In this document: one piece after another, positions 36,218 to 48,600 of the stretch | Layout of the letters: the number at the start of each line of letters is the position of its first letter | Numbering within the stretch: the stretch's first letter is position 1 | Source: Squalus acanthias | Taxonomy: Eukaryota | Assembly (NCBI GenBank): GCA_030390025.1 | Contig: CM059432.1 | Span: forward strand, 110,672,001 to 110,736,000 | Direction: 5' to 3' | DNA length: 64,000 bases | The notes under the pieces: generated by a model | Databases searched by the model: none | What the model was told of the DNA's origin: nothing | The model's input: the letters and a program-made list of their open reading frames with translations, nothing else | Program-made: the position numbers and the translations under genes

Positions 36218-36928
36218 GAGATTTAGGTGTCCTAGTACAAGAAAAACAGAAAGTTAGCATGCAGGTACAGCAAGCAATTAGGAAGGCAAATGGCATGTTG
36301 GCCTTTATTGCTAGAGTGTTGGCGTACAAGCGTAAGGAAGTCTTGCTACAATTGTACAGGGCTCTGGTGAGACCACACCTAGAGTACTGTGCACAGTCTT
36401 GGTCTCATTTAAGGAAGGATATACTTGCCTTAGAGGCGGTGCAACTAAGGTTCACTAGATTGATCCCTGGGATGAGAGGGCTGTCCTATGAGGAAAGATT
36501 GAGTAGATTGGGTCTATACTCTCTGGAGTTTAGTAGAATGAGGTGATCTCATTTAAACATGTAAGATTCTGAGGGGGAGTGACAGGACAAATGTTGAGAG
36601 GTTGTTTCCCCGGCTGGAGAGTCTAGAACTAGGGGGATCACAGTCTCAGGATAAGGGGCTGGCCTTTTAAGACTGAGATGAGGAGGAATTTCTTCACTCA
36701 GAGGGTTGTGAATCTTTAAAATTCTCTACCCCAAAGGGCTGTGGAAGCTGAGTCGTTGAGTATATTCAAGGCTGAGATCGATAGATTTTTGGACTCTAGG
36801 GGAACCAAGGGATATGGGGATAGTGCAGGAAAGTGGAGTTGAGGTCAAAGTTCAGCCATGATCTTATTGAATGGCAGAGCAGGCTTGAGGTCTACTCCTG
36901 CTCCTAATTCTTATGTTCTTATGTACTT
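36218..36928 (+). mobile_element. 5'-truncated CR1 LINE inserted in the 33940-37690 LINE
   Basis: LVRPHLEYC motif, TTCTTATG tail; AATA at 36214-36217 and 36929-36932. Confidence 0.85.
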
Positions 36929-38426
36929 AATACTATCATGGACAGATGCATCTGCGACAGGTAGCTTGGTGAGGACGAGGTCAAGTAGGCTTTTCCCTCG
37001 TGTTGGTTCTCTCACCACGTGCCGCAGGCCCAGTCTGGCAGCTATGTCCTTCAGGACTCGGCCAGCTCGGTCAGTAGTGGTGCTACCGAGCCACTCTCGG
37101 TGATGGACATCGAAGTCCCCCACCCAGAGTACATTCTGTGCCCTTGCTACCCTCAGTGCTTCTTCCAAGTGGTGTTCAGCATGGAGGAGTACTGATTTAT
37201 CAGCTGAGGGAGGGCGATAGGTGGTAATCACCAGGAGGTTTCCTTGCCCATGTTTGACCTGATGCCATGAGACTTCATGGGGTCCAGAGTCAATGTTGAG
37301 GACTCCCAGGGCCACTCCTTCCCGACTGTATACCACTGTGCTGCCACCCCTGGTGGGTCTGTCCTGCCGGTGGGACAGGACATACCCAGGGATGGTGATG
37401 GAAGAGTCTGGTTGAAAGGTATGATTCTGTGAGTATGACTATGTCAGGCTGTTGCTTGACTAGTCTGTGGGACAGCTCTCCCAATTTTGGCAGCAGTCCC
37501 CAGATGTTAGTGAGGAGGACTTTGTAGGGTCTACTGGGCTGGGTGTACCTTTGTCATGTCAGAATCCGATGCCTAGTTCGATGCCTCGTGGTCCATCCGG
37601 TTTTATTCTTATTATACGTTTTCGTAGCAGTTTGATACAACTAAGCGGCTTGCTAGGCCATTTCAGAGGATAGTTAAGAGTCAACCATATTATACCTTGT
37701 TAGAGACCACACAGAGAAGAACAGATCACCATAGCAACTTGCAGAGCCTGACTCCAGATCGACTCTAGATTTATTTAACTTATCTACATGAAAGACACTG
37801 AAAGAAAGCAAATGGAGTGTCAATCAACCCTGGGGTTGTTCTTGAAGAAGCCAATAGTTGGCAAGTCTCTGCCCCAGAGGTGTGGTTCAACAATAAAAGG
37901 ACTGTCTCTGCATCATGACTAAAAACCCAAGCATGTGAAGGGAGGGTTCGCTTCCTCACTGCTCAGCGACCTCACCGCTTTCTACCTGGATGCACATTTA
38001 CAGATTGCTTCTGGAACGGACCTGATGACAAGAGAAAACCATGTGCTCCACCACAAACCGTGTCCATCAAGATATTTGGAGGGCCTCAGTCAGCCTGAGC
38101 AAAATTATGAGTATATAATCCTTTATTAAGGGGCTAGCTTAAGATAGACTTTTGTTTCCAAAACGGTATGCATTTTCGAGAGTCAGAAGGTGGTATTTAA
38201 AAAATTGCTGTTCAGGCAATTCTAAATCATGCATGAACCGAAGATGTTGTTTAATGCTAATATCGATTTTCCAGTGTATAATAAATGATTGTTTTATTTA
38301 CAAAGCCATGGTTTATGCCTGAAGTTTCTTTACGAAAAACAGCCAGTTAAGTTAAATATAAAATTAAATCGTGTGGAGATAAATTGGCATTTCCCCAAAT
38401 TGAAGAAGAACACATTGCGCCTTTTG

Positions 38427-38895
38427 TGTCAGCCAGTGCCTCAGCGGGTAGCACTCTCTCTCGCCTCTGAGTCAGAAGGCTGTGGGTTCAAGTCCCACTC
38501 CGGGATTTGAGCACAAAAATCTAGGTTGACACTCCAGTGCAGTGCTGATGGAGTGCTGCACTGTTGGGAGGTGCCGTCTTTTGGATGAGACGTTAAACCG
38601 AGGCCCCGTCTACCCTCTCAGGTGAACGTAAAAGATCCCATGGCACTATTCCAAAAAAGAGCAAGGGTGTTATCCCCGGTGTCCTGGCCAATATTTATCC
38701 CTCAACCAACATCACTAAAACAGATTATCAGGTCATTATCACATTGCTGTTTGTGGGAGCTTGCTGTGTGCAAATTGGCTGCCGTGTTTCCCACATTACA
38801 ACAGTAACTACACTTCAAAAAGTACTTCATTGGCTGTAAAGCGCTTTGGGACGTCAGGTGGTCGTGAAAGGCGCTATAGAAATGCAATTTTTTTT
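38427..38895 (+). mobile_element. tRNA-derived SINE (SacSINE1/DeuSINE-like), full length
   Basis: B box GGTTCAAGTCC 38485-38495; body homologous to the 15760 copy; tail GAAAGGCGCTATAGAAATGCAA. Confidence 0.88.
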
Positions 38896-39695
38896 TCACT
38901 CTACAGATCTCCATCCCTTCATAAAGCATTTCTGACACATACAAATGACAGCCATTTTTTTAACTCACTGGGTAAAACAAATTAATACAATTTTCCATTA
39001 TCCTATTTCACTGACAGCCCTGAGACTGCAGCAATCCCTCTCCTATGTACAAGCCGCTGCTTGTCCCATATGTAAAATACCAAGCCTCACAGTGCAATGC
39101 TCCCCCACACTGCAAATGCAGTTTTTGCACAGTGCGTTATTTATCCTGCCTTTAAGGGCTTAAATTAATTCTCAATCTTGCTGCATTTCTGTCTTATGTA
39201 CTTGCAGGACCTTAGTGGAGAAGATTTCTTGTCAAATAACGAGATGGAAGGCCAGTGCTATATTTAGAGAAGCACAGCTGTGGTGTTCCTTCTTCTGGCT
39301 GGTTTCACCATTTGTCTTCAGGCCATGTTCTGCCCTCTGTAATAAATATTAAACAGCCCACGGGTGGTCCGCTATCCATAAGTTCATTTGTGTTGGCCGA
39401 CAAATCTAAAATCATTGTTCTGAACTGCAAGTTATCTGATTTTAGCCAGAATGTAGCACTAATGATACATTCGCAGCACAAGTAGAATTGTGTTTTTATT
39501 TTGAACAATCAATATTTAGGCCTAGTTCTTTGGTGCAGGATGCCATTCTGAGATAAATTCTGCAAATTTTGACCCTAACTGCATGGAGCCAAATTTGCTG
39601 CAAATTATCACAGTTTGCATAAAAACTCCACGAGGCGGTAAAAATATTGGTGTCTGAATTGAGCTGAGCGACGACAAATCACTTGATGCAACAAA

Positions 39696-42600
39696 GGCCT
39701 GGATTTTAGCCTGGAGGTGAGTTCCGTGAGGTCGGGAAACCTGGGGGGTCTGATAGTGGTCGGGGGGTCCGATGGTGGTCGGGGGGTCTGATGGTGGTCG
39801 GGGGGTCCGATATTGGTCGGGGGGTTTGATGGTGGTCAGAGGGTCTGATGGTGGTCGGGGGGTTTGATAGTGGTCGGGGGGTCCGATGGTGGTCGGGGGG
39901 TCCGATGGTGGTCGGGGGGTCTGATGGTGGTCGGGGGGTCCGATGGTAGTCGGGGGGTCCGATGGTGGTCGGGGGTCCGATGGTGGTCGGGGTGTCTGAT
40001 GGTGGTCGGGGGGTCCGATGGTGGTCGGGGGTCCGATGGTGGTCGGGGGGTCTGATGGTGGTCGGGGGGTCTGATGGTGGTCGGGGGTGTGATGGTGGTC
40101 GGGGGGTCCGATGGTGGTCGGGGGGTCTGATGGTGGTCGGGGGGTCCGATGGTGGTCGGGGGGTCCGATGGTGGTCGGTCCGATGGTGGTCGGTCCGATG
40201 GTGGTCGGAGGTCTGATGGTGGTCGGAGGTCTGATGGTGGTCGGGGGGATCCGATGGTGGTCGGGGGGTCCGATGGTGGTCGGAGGTCTGATGGTGGTCG
40301 GAGGTCTGATGGTGGTCGGAGGTCTGATGGTGGTCGGGGGCATCCGATGGTGGTCGGGGGGTCCGATGGTGGTCGGGGCGTCTGATGGTGGTCGGGGGGT
40401 CTGATGGTGGTCGGGGGGTGTGGTCCGATAGTGGTCGGGGGGTCCGATGGTGATCGGGGGGTCCGATGGCAGTCGGGGGGTTTGATGGTGGTCGGTCCGA
40501 TGGTGGTCAGGGGGTCCGATGGTGGTCGGAGGTCTGATGGTGGTCGGAGGTCTGATGGTGGTCGGGGGGATCCGATGGTGGTCGGGGGGTCTGATGGAGG
40601 TCGGTGGTCTGATGGTGGTCGGAGGTCTGATGGTGGTCGGGGGGATCCGATGGTGGTCGGAGGTCTGATGGTGGTCGGAGGTCTGATGGTGGTCGGGGGG
40701 ATCCGATGGAAGTCGGGGGGTCTGATGGTGGTCGGGGGGTCCGATGGTGGTGGGGGGGGTCCGATGGTGGTCGGGGTCCGATGGTGGTCGGGGGGACCCG
40801 ATGGTGGTCGGGGGGTCTGATGGTGGTCGGGGGGTCTGATGGTGGTCGGGGGGTCTGATGGTGGTCGGGGGGTCTGATGGTGGTCGGGGGGTCTGATGGT
40901 GGTCGGGGGTCCGATGGTGGTCGGGGGGTTTGATGGTGGTCGGAGGTCTGATGGTGGTCGGGGGGATCCGATGGTGGTCGGGGGGTCCGATGGTGGTCGG
41001 GGCGTCTGATGGTGGTCGGGGGGTCTGATGGTGGTCGGGGGGTCTGATGGTGGTCGGGGGGTCTGATGGTGGTCGGGGGTGTGATGGTGGTCGGGGGGTC
41101 CGATGGTGGTCGGGGGGTCTGATGGTGGTCGGGGGGTCCGATGGTGGTCGGGGGGTCCGATGGTGGTCGGTCCGATGGTGGTCGGTCCGATGGTGGTCGG
41201 AGGTCTGATGGTGGTCGGAGGTCTGATGGTGGTCGGGGGGATCCGATGGTGGTCGGGGGGTCCGATGGTGGTCGGGGCGTCTGATGGTGGTCGGGGGGTC
41301 TGATGGTGGTCGGGGGGTGTGGTCCGATAGTGGTCGGGGGGTCCGATGGTGATCGGGGGGTCCGATGGCAGTCGGGGGGTTTGATGGTGGTCGGTCCGAT
41401 GGTGGTCAGGGGGTCCGATGGTGGTCGGAGGTCTGATGGTGGTCGGAGGTCTGATGGTGGTCGGGGGGATCCGATGGTGGTCGGGGGTCTGATGGAGTTC
41501 GGTGGTCTGATGGTGGTCGGAGGTCTGATGGTGGTCGGGGGGATCCGATGGTGGTCGGAGGTCTGATGGTGGTCGGAGGTCTGATGGTGGTCGGGGGGAT
41601 CCGATGGAAGTCGGGGGGTCTGATGGTGGTCGGGGGGTCCGATGGTGGTGGGGGGGGTCCGATGGTGGTCGGGGTCCGATGGTGGTCGGGGGGACCCGAT
41701 GGTGGTCGGGGGGTCTGATGGTGGTCGGGGGGTCTGATGGTGGTCGGGGGGTCTGATGGTGGTCGGGGGGTCTGATGGTGGTCGGGGGGTCTGATGGTGG
41801 TCGGGGGTCCGATGGTGGTCGGGGGGTTTGATGGTGGTCGGAGGTCTGATGGTGGTCGGGGGGATCCGATGGTGGTCGGGGGGTCCGATGGTGGTCGGGG
41901 CGTCTGATGGTGGTCGGGGGGTCTGATGGTGGTCGGGGGGACTGATGGTGGTGGGGGGTCCGATGGTGGTCGGGGGGTTTGATCGTGGTCGGGGGGTCTG
42001 ATGGTGGTCGGGGGTCCGATGGTCGTCATGGGGTCGGATGATGGTCGGGGGGGTCCGATGGTGGTCGGGGGGCCTGATGGTGGTCGGGGGGGGGGGTCCG
42101 ATGGTGGTCGGGGGGCCTGATGGTGGTCGGGGGGCCTGATGGTGGTCGGGGGGGGTCTGATGGTGATCGGGGGGGTCCGATGGTGGTCGGGGGGTCCGAT
42201 GGTCGTCGGGCGGTTTGATGGTGGACGGGTGGTCTGATGGTGGTCAGGGGGTCCGAAGGTTGTTGGGGGGTTTGATGGTGCTGGGGGTGTCTGATGGTGC
42301 AGGGAGGGTTTGATGGTGGTCGGGGGTCTGATGGTGGTCGGGGGGTCTGATGGTGGTCGGGCGGTTTGATGGTGGTTGGGGGGTCAGATGGTGGTCGGGG
42401 GTCCGATGGTGGTCGGGGATCTGATGGTGGTCAGGGGGTCCGATGGTGGTCGGGGGGGTTTGATGGTGGTCGGGGGGTCTGAAGGTTGTCGGGGGGTCTG
42501 ATGGTGGTCGGGGGGTCCGATGGTGGTCGGGGGGGTTTGATGGTGGTCGGGGGGTCTGAAGGTTGTCGGGGGGTCCGATGGTGGTCGGGGGGTCCGATGG

Positions 42601-45600
42601 TGGTCGGGGGGTCTGAAGGTTGTCGGGGGGTTTGATGGCGGTTGGGGGGTCCGATGGTGGTCGGGGGGGTCCGATGGTGGTTGGGTGGTCTGATGGTGGT
42701 CGGGGGTCTCATGGTTGTGGGGGGTCCGATTGAGGTCGGGGGGTCCGATGGTGGTCGGGGGGTCCGATTGTGGTCAGGGGGTCCGATGGTGGTTGGGGGG
42801 TCCGATGGTGGTCGGGGGTCCGATGGTGGTCGGGTGTCCGATTGTGGTCGGGGGGTCCGATGGAGGTCGGGGGGTCCGATAGTGGTCGGGGGGTCCGATA
42901 GTGGTCGGGGGGTCCGATAGTGGTCGGGGGGTCCGATGGAGGTCGGGGGGTTTGATGGTGGTCGGGGGGTTTGATGGTGGTCGGGGGGTCCGATGGTGGT
43001 CGGGGGGTCAGATGGTGGTTACGGGGTCCGATGGTGGTCGGGGTTCCGATGGTGGTCGGGGGTCCGATGGTGGTCGAGGAGTTCGATGGTGGTCGGGGGG
43101 TTTGATGGTGGTCGGGGGGGTCAGATGGTGGTCAGGGGGTCCGATGGTGGTCGGAGGTCTGATGGTGGTCGGAGGTCCGATGGTGGTTGGGGGGTCCGAT
43201 GGAGGTCGGGGGGGTCAGATGGTGGTCGGGGGTCCGATGGTGGTCGGGGGGACCCGATGGTGGTCGGGGGGTCTGATGGTGGTCGGGGGGTCTGATTGTG
43301 GTCGGGGGGTCTGATGGTGGTCGGGGGGTCTGATGGTGGTCGGGGGGTCTGATGGTGGTCGGGGGTCCGATGGTGGTCGGGGGGTTTGATGGTGGTCGGA
43401 GGTCTGATGGTGGTCGGGGGGATCCGATGGTGGTCGGGGGGTCCGATGGTGGTCGGGGCGTCTGATGGTGGTCGGGGGGTCTGATGGTGGTCGGGGGGAC
43501 TGATGGTGGTGGGGGGTCCGATGGTGGTCGGGGGGTTTGATCGTGGTCGGGGGGTCTGATGGTGGTCGGGGGTCCGATGGTCGTCATGGGGTCGGATGAT
43601 GGTCGGGGGGGTCCGATGGTGGTCGGGGGGCCTGATGGTGGTCGGGGGGGGGGTCCGATGGTGGTCGGGGGGCCTGATGGTGGTCGGGGGGCCTGATGGT
43701 GGTCGGGGGGGTTCTGATGGTGATCGGGGGGGTCCGATGGTGGTCGGGGGGTCCGATGGTCGTCGGGCGGTTTGATGTTGGACGGGTGGTCTGATGGTGG
43801 TCAGGGGGTCCGAAGGTTGTTGGGGGGTTTGATGGTGCTGGGGGTGTCTGATGGTGCAGGGAGGGTTTGATGGTGGTCGGGGGTCTGATGGTGGTCGGGG
43901 GGTCTGATGGTGGTCGGGCGGTTTGATGGTGGTTGGGGGGTCAGATGGTGGTCGGGGGTCCGATGGTGGTCGGGGATCTGATGGTGGTCAGGGGGTCCGA
44001 TGGTGGTCGGGGGGGTTTGATGGTGGTCGGGGGGTCTGAAGGTTGTCGGGGGGTCTGATGGTGGTCGGGGGGTCCGATGGTGGTCGGGGGGGTTTGATGG
44101 TGGTCGGGGGGTCAGATGGTGGTCGGGGATCTGATGGTGATCAGGCGGTTTGATGGTGGTCGGGGGTCTGATGGTGGTCGGGGGGTCTGATGGTGGTCGG
44201 GGATCTGATGGTGATCAGGGGGTCCGATGGTGGTCGGGGTGGTTTGATGGTGGACGGGTGGTCTGATGGTGGTCGGGGGGTCCGATGGTGGTCGGGGGTC
44301 TGATGGTGGTCGGGGATCTGATGGTGATCAGGGGGTCCGATGGTGGTCGGGGTGGTTTGATGGTGGACGGGTGGTCTGATGGTGGTCGGGGGGTCCGATG
44401 GTGGTCGGGGGTCTGATGGTTGTCGGGGGGTCTGATGGTGGTCGGGGGGTCCGATGGTGGTCGGGGGTCCGATGGTGGTCGGGGGGTCTGATGGTGGTCG
44501 GGGGGTCTGATGGTGGTCGGGGGTGTGATGGTGGTCGGGGCGTCCGATGGTGGTCGGGGGGTCTGATGGTGGTCGGGGGGTCCGATGGTGGTCGGGGGGT
44601 CCGATGGTGGTCGGTCCGATGGTGGTCGGTCCGATGGTGGTCGGAGGTCTGATGGTGGTCGGAGGTCTGATGGTGGTCGGGGGGATCCGATGGTGGTCGG
44701 GGGGTCCGATGGTGGTCGGGGCGTCTGATGGTGGTCGGGGGGTCTGATGGTGGTCGGGGGGTGTGGTCCGATAGTGGTCGGGGGGTCCGATGGTGATCGG
44801 GGGGTCCGATGGCAGTCGGGGGGTTTGATGGTGGTCGGTCCGATGGTGGTCAGGGGGTCCGATGGTGGTCGGAGGTCTGATGGTGGTCGGAGGTCTGATG
44901 GTGGTCGGGGGGATCCGATGGTGGTCGGGGGGTCTGATGGAGGTCGGTGGTCTGATGGTGGTCGGAGGTCTGATGGTGGTCGGGGGGATCCGATGGTGGT
45001 CGGAGGTCTGATGGTGGTCGGAGGTCTGATGGTGGTCGGGGGGATCCGATGGAAGTCGGGGGGTCTGATGGTGGTCGGGGGTTCCGATGGAAGTCGGGGG
45101 GTCTGATGGTGGTCGGGGGGTCCGATGGTGGTCGGGGGGTCCGATGGTGGTCGGGGTCCGATGGTGGTCGGGGGGACCCGATGGTGGTCGGGGGGTCTGA
45201 TGGTGGTCGGGGGGTCTGATGGTGGTCGGGGGGTCTGATGGTGGTCGGGGGGTCTGATGGTGGTCGGGGGGTCTGATGGTGGTCGGGGGTCCGATGGTGG
45301 TCGGGGGGTTTGATGGTGGTCGGAGGTCTGATGGTGGTCGGGGGCATCCGATGGTGGTCGGGGGGTCCGATGGTGGTCGGGGCGTCTGATGGTGGTCGGG
45401 GGGTCTGATGGTGGTCGGGGGGACTGATGGTGGTGGGGGGTCCGATGGTGGTCGGGGGGTTTGATCGTGGTCGGGGGGTCTGATGGTGGTCGGGGGTCCG
45501 ATGGTCGTCATGGGGTCGGATGATGGTCGGGGGGGTCCGATGGTGGTCGGGGGGCCTGATGGTGGTCGGGGGGGGGGTCCGATGGTGGTCGGGGGGCCTG

Positions 45601-48600
45601 ATGGTGGTCGGGGGGCCTGATGGTGGTCGGGGGGGGTCTGATGGTGATCGGGGGGGTCCGATGGTGGTCGGGGGGTCCGATGGTCGTCGGGCGGTTTGAT
45701 GGTGGACGGGTGGTCTGATGGTGGTCAGGGGGTCCGAAGGTTGTTGGGGGGTTTGATGGTGCTGGGGGTGTCTGATGGTGCAGGGAGGGTTTGATGGTGG
45801 TCGGGGGTCTGATGGTGGTCGGGGGGTCTGATGGTGGTCGGGCGGTTTGATGGTGGTTGGGGGGTCCGATGGTGGTCGGGGGTCCGATGGTGGTCGGGGA
45901 TCTGATGGTGGTCAGGGGGTCCGATGGTGGTCGGGGGGGTTTGATGGTGGTCGGGGGGTCTGAAGGTTGTCGGGGGGTCTGATGGTGGTCGGGGGGTCCG
46001 ATGGTGGTCGGGGGGGTTTGATGGTGGTCGGGGGGTCTGAAGGTTGTCGGGGGGTCCGATGGTGGTCGGGGGGTCCGATGGTGGTCGGGGGGTCTGATGG
46101 TGGTCGGGGGGTCTGAAGGTTGTCGGGGGGTTTGATGGCGGTTGGGGGGTCCGATGGTGGTCGGGGGGGTCCGATGGTGGTTGGGTGGTCTGATGGTGGT
46201 CGGGGGTCTCATGGTTGTGGGGGGTCCGATTGAGGTCGGGGGGTCCGATGGTGGTCGGGGGGTCCGATTGTGGTCAGGGGGTCCGATGGTGGTTGGGGGG
46301 TCCGATGGTGGTCGGGGGTCCGATGGTGGTCGGGTGTCCGATTGTGGTCGGGGGGTCCGATGGAGGTCGGGGGGTCCGATAGTGGTCGGGGGGTCCGATA
46401 GTGGTCGGGGGGTCCGATAGTGGTCGGGGGTTCCGATGGAGGTCGGGGGGTTTGATGGTGGTCGGGGGGTTTGATGGTGGTCGGGGGGTCCGATGGTGGT
46501 CGGGGGGTCAGATGGTGGTTACGGGGTCCGATGGTGGTCGGGGTTCCGATGGTGGTCGGGGGTCCGATGGTGGTCGAGGAGTTCGATGGTGGTCGGGGGG
46601 TTTGATGGTGGTCGGGGGGGTCAGATGGTGGTCAGGGGGTCCGATGGTGGTCGGAGGTCTGATGGTGGTCGGAGGTCCGATGGTGGTTGGGGGGTCCGAT
46701 GGAGGTCGGGGGGGTCAGATGGTGGTCGGGGGTCCGATGGTGGTCAGGGGGTCCGATGGTGGTCGGGGGGTCTCATGGTGGTGGGGGGTCTGATTGTGGT
46801 CAGGGGGTCTGATGGTGGTCGGGGGGTCTGATGGTGGTCGGGGGGTTTGGTGGTGATCGGAGGGTCTGATGGTGGTCGGGTGGTCTGATGGCGGTCGGAG
46901 GGTCTGATGGTGGTCGAGTGGTCTGATGGTGGTCGGAGGGTCTGAGGTGGTCGGGGGTCCGATGGTGGTCGGGGGGTTTGATCGTGGTCGGGGCGTCTGA
47001 TGGTGGTCGGGGGTCCGATGGTCGTCATGGGGTCGGATGATGGTCGGGTGGTCCGATGGAAGTCGGGGGGTCTGATGGTGGTCGGGGGTCCGATGGTGGT
47101 GGGGGGGGGGTCCGATGGTGGTCGGGGGACCGATGGTGGTCGGGGGGTCTGATGGTGGTCGGGGGGTCTGATGGTGGTCGGGGGGTCCGATGGTAGTCGG
47201 GGGGGTCCGATGGTGGTCGGGGGGCCTGATGGTGGTCGGGGGGGCTCTGATGGTGGTCGGGGGGTCCGATGGTGATCGGGGGGGTCCGATGGTGGTCGGG
47301 GGGTCCGATGGTCGTCGGGCGGTTTGATGGTGGACGGGTGGTCTGCTGGTGGTCAGGGGGTCCGAAGGTTGTTGGGGGGTCTGATGGTGGTCGGGGGGTT
47401 TGATGGTGGTCGGGGGTCCGATGGTGGTCGGGGGGTCTGATGGTGGTCGGGGTGGTTTGATGGTGGACGGGGGGTCTGATGGTGGTCGGAGGTCTGATGG
47501 TGGTCGGGGGGTCTGATGGTGGTCGGGGATCTGATGGTGATCAGGGGGTCCGATGGTGGTCGGGGTGGTTTGATGGTGGACGGGGGGTCTGATGGTGGTC
47601 GGGGGGTCCGATGGTGGTCGGTGGGTCCGAAGGTTGTCGGGGGGTCCGAAGGTTGTCGGGGGGTTTGATGGTGGTCGGGGGGTTTAATGGTGGTCGGGGG
47701 TCTGATGGTGGTCGGTGGGTCCGATGGTGGTCGGGGGGTCCGATGGTGGTCGGGGGGTCAGATGGTGGTCGGGGATCTGATGGTGATCAGGGGGTTTGAT
47801 GGTGGTCGGGGGTCTGATGGTGGTCGGGGGGTTTGATGGTGGTCGGGGGTCCGATGGTGGTCGGGGGGTCTGATGGTGGTCGGGGATCTGATGGTGATCA
47901 GGGGGTCCGATGGTGGTCGGGGTGGTTTGATGGTGGACGGGTGGTCTGATGGTGGTCGGGGGGTCCGATGGTGGTCGGGGGTCTGATGGTTGTCGGGGGG
48001 TCTGATGGTGGTCGGGGGGTCCGATGGTGGTCGGGGGGTCCGAAGGTTGTCGGGGGGTTTGATGGTGGTCGGGGGGTTTAATGGTGGTCGGGGGTCTGAT
48101 GGTGGTCGGTGGGTCCGATGGTGGTCGGGGGTCCGATGGTGGTCGGGGGGTCAGATGGTGGTTACGGGGTCCGATGGTGGTCGGGGTTCCGATGGTGGTC
48201 GGGGGTCCGATGGTGATCGGGGGTTCCAATGGTGGTCGGGGGTCCGATGGTGGTCGAGGGATCCGATGGTGGTCGGGGGGTCTGATGGTGGTCGGAGGTC
48301 TGATGGTGGTCGGGGGGTGAGATGGTGGTCGGGGGGTCCGATGGTGGTCGGGGGGTCCGATGGTGGTCGGAGGTCTGATGGTGGTCAGAGGTCTGATGGT
48401 GGTCGGAGGTCCGATGGTGGTCGGGGGGTCCGATGGTGGTCAGGGGGTCCGATGGTGGTCGGGGGGTCAGATGCTGGTCGGGGGTCCGATGGTGGTCAGG
48501 GGGTCCGATGGTGGTGGGGGGGGTCCAATGGTGGTCGGGGGGTTTGATGGTGGTCGGGTGTCCGATGGTGGTCGGGGGGTCCGATAGTGGTCGGGGGCTC

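Larger units (their letters stand above)
33940..37690 (-). mobile_element. Near-complete degenerate ORF2 of the same second LINE family, carrying nested insertions
   Basis: APE (ILTESYL, GDFDVHH) and RT (NYRPISLLS, LDIKAAFD, GVPQGSVLGP, MFADDC) on -; similar to 32075-33170. Confidence 0.85.
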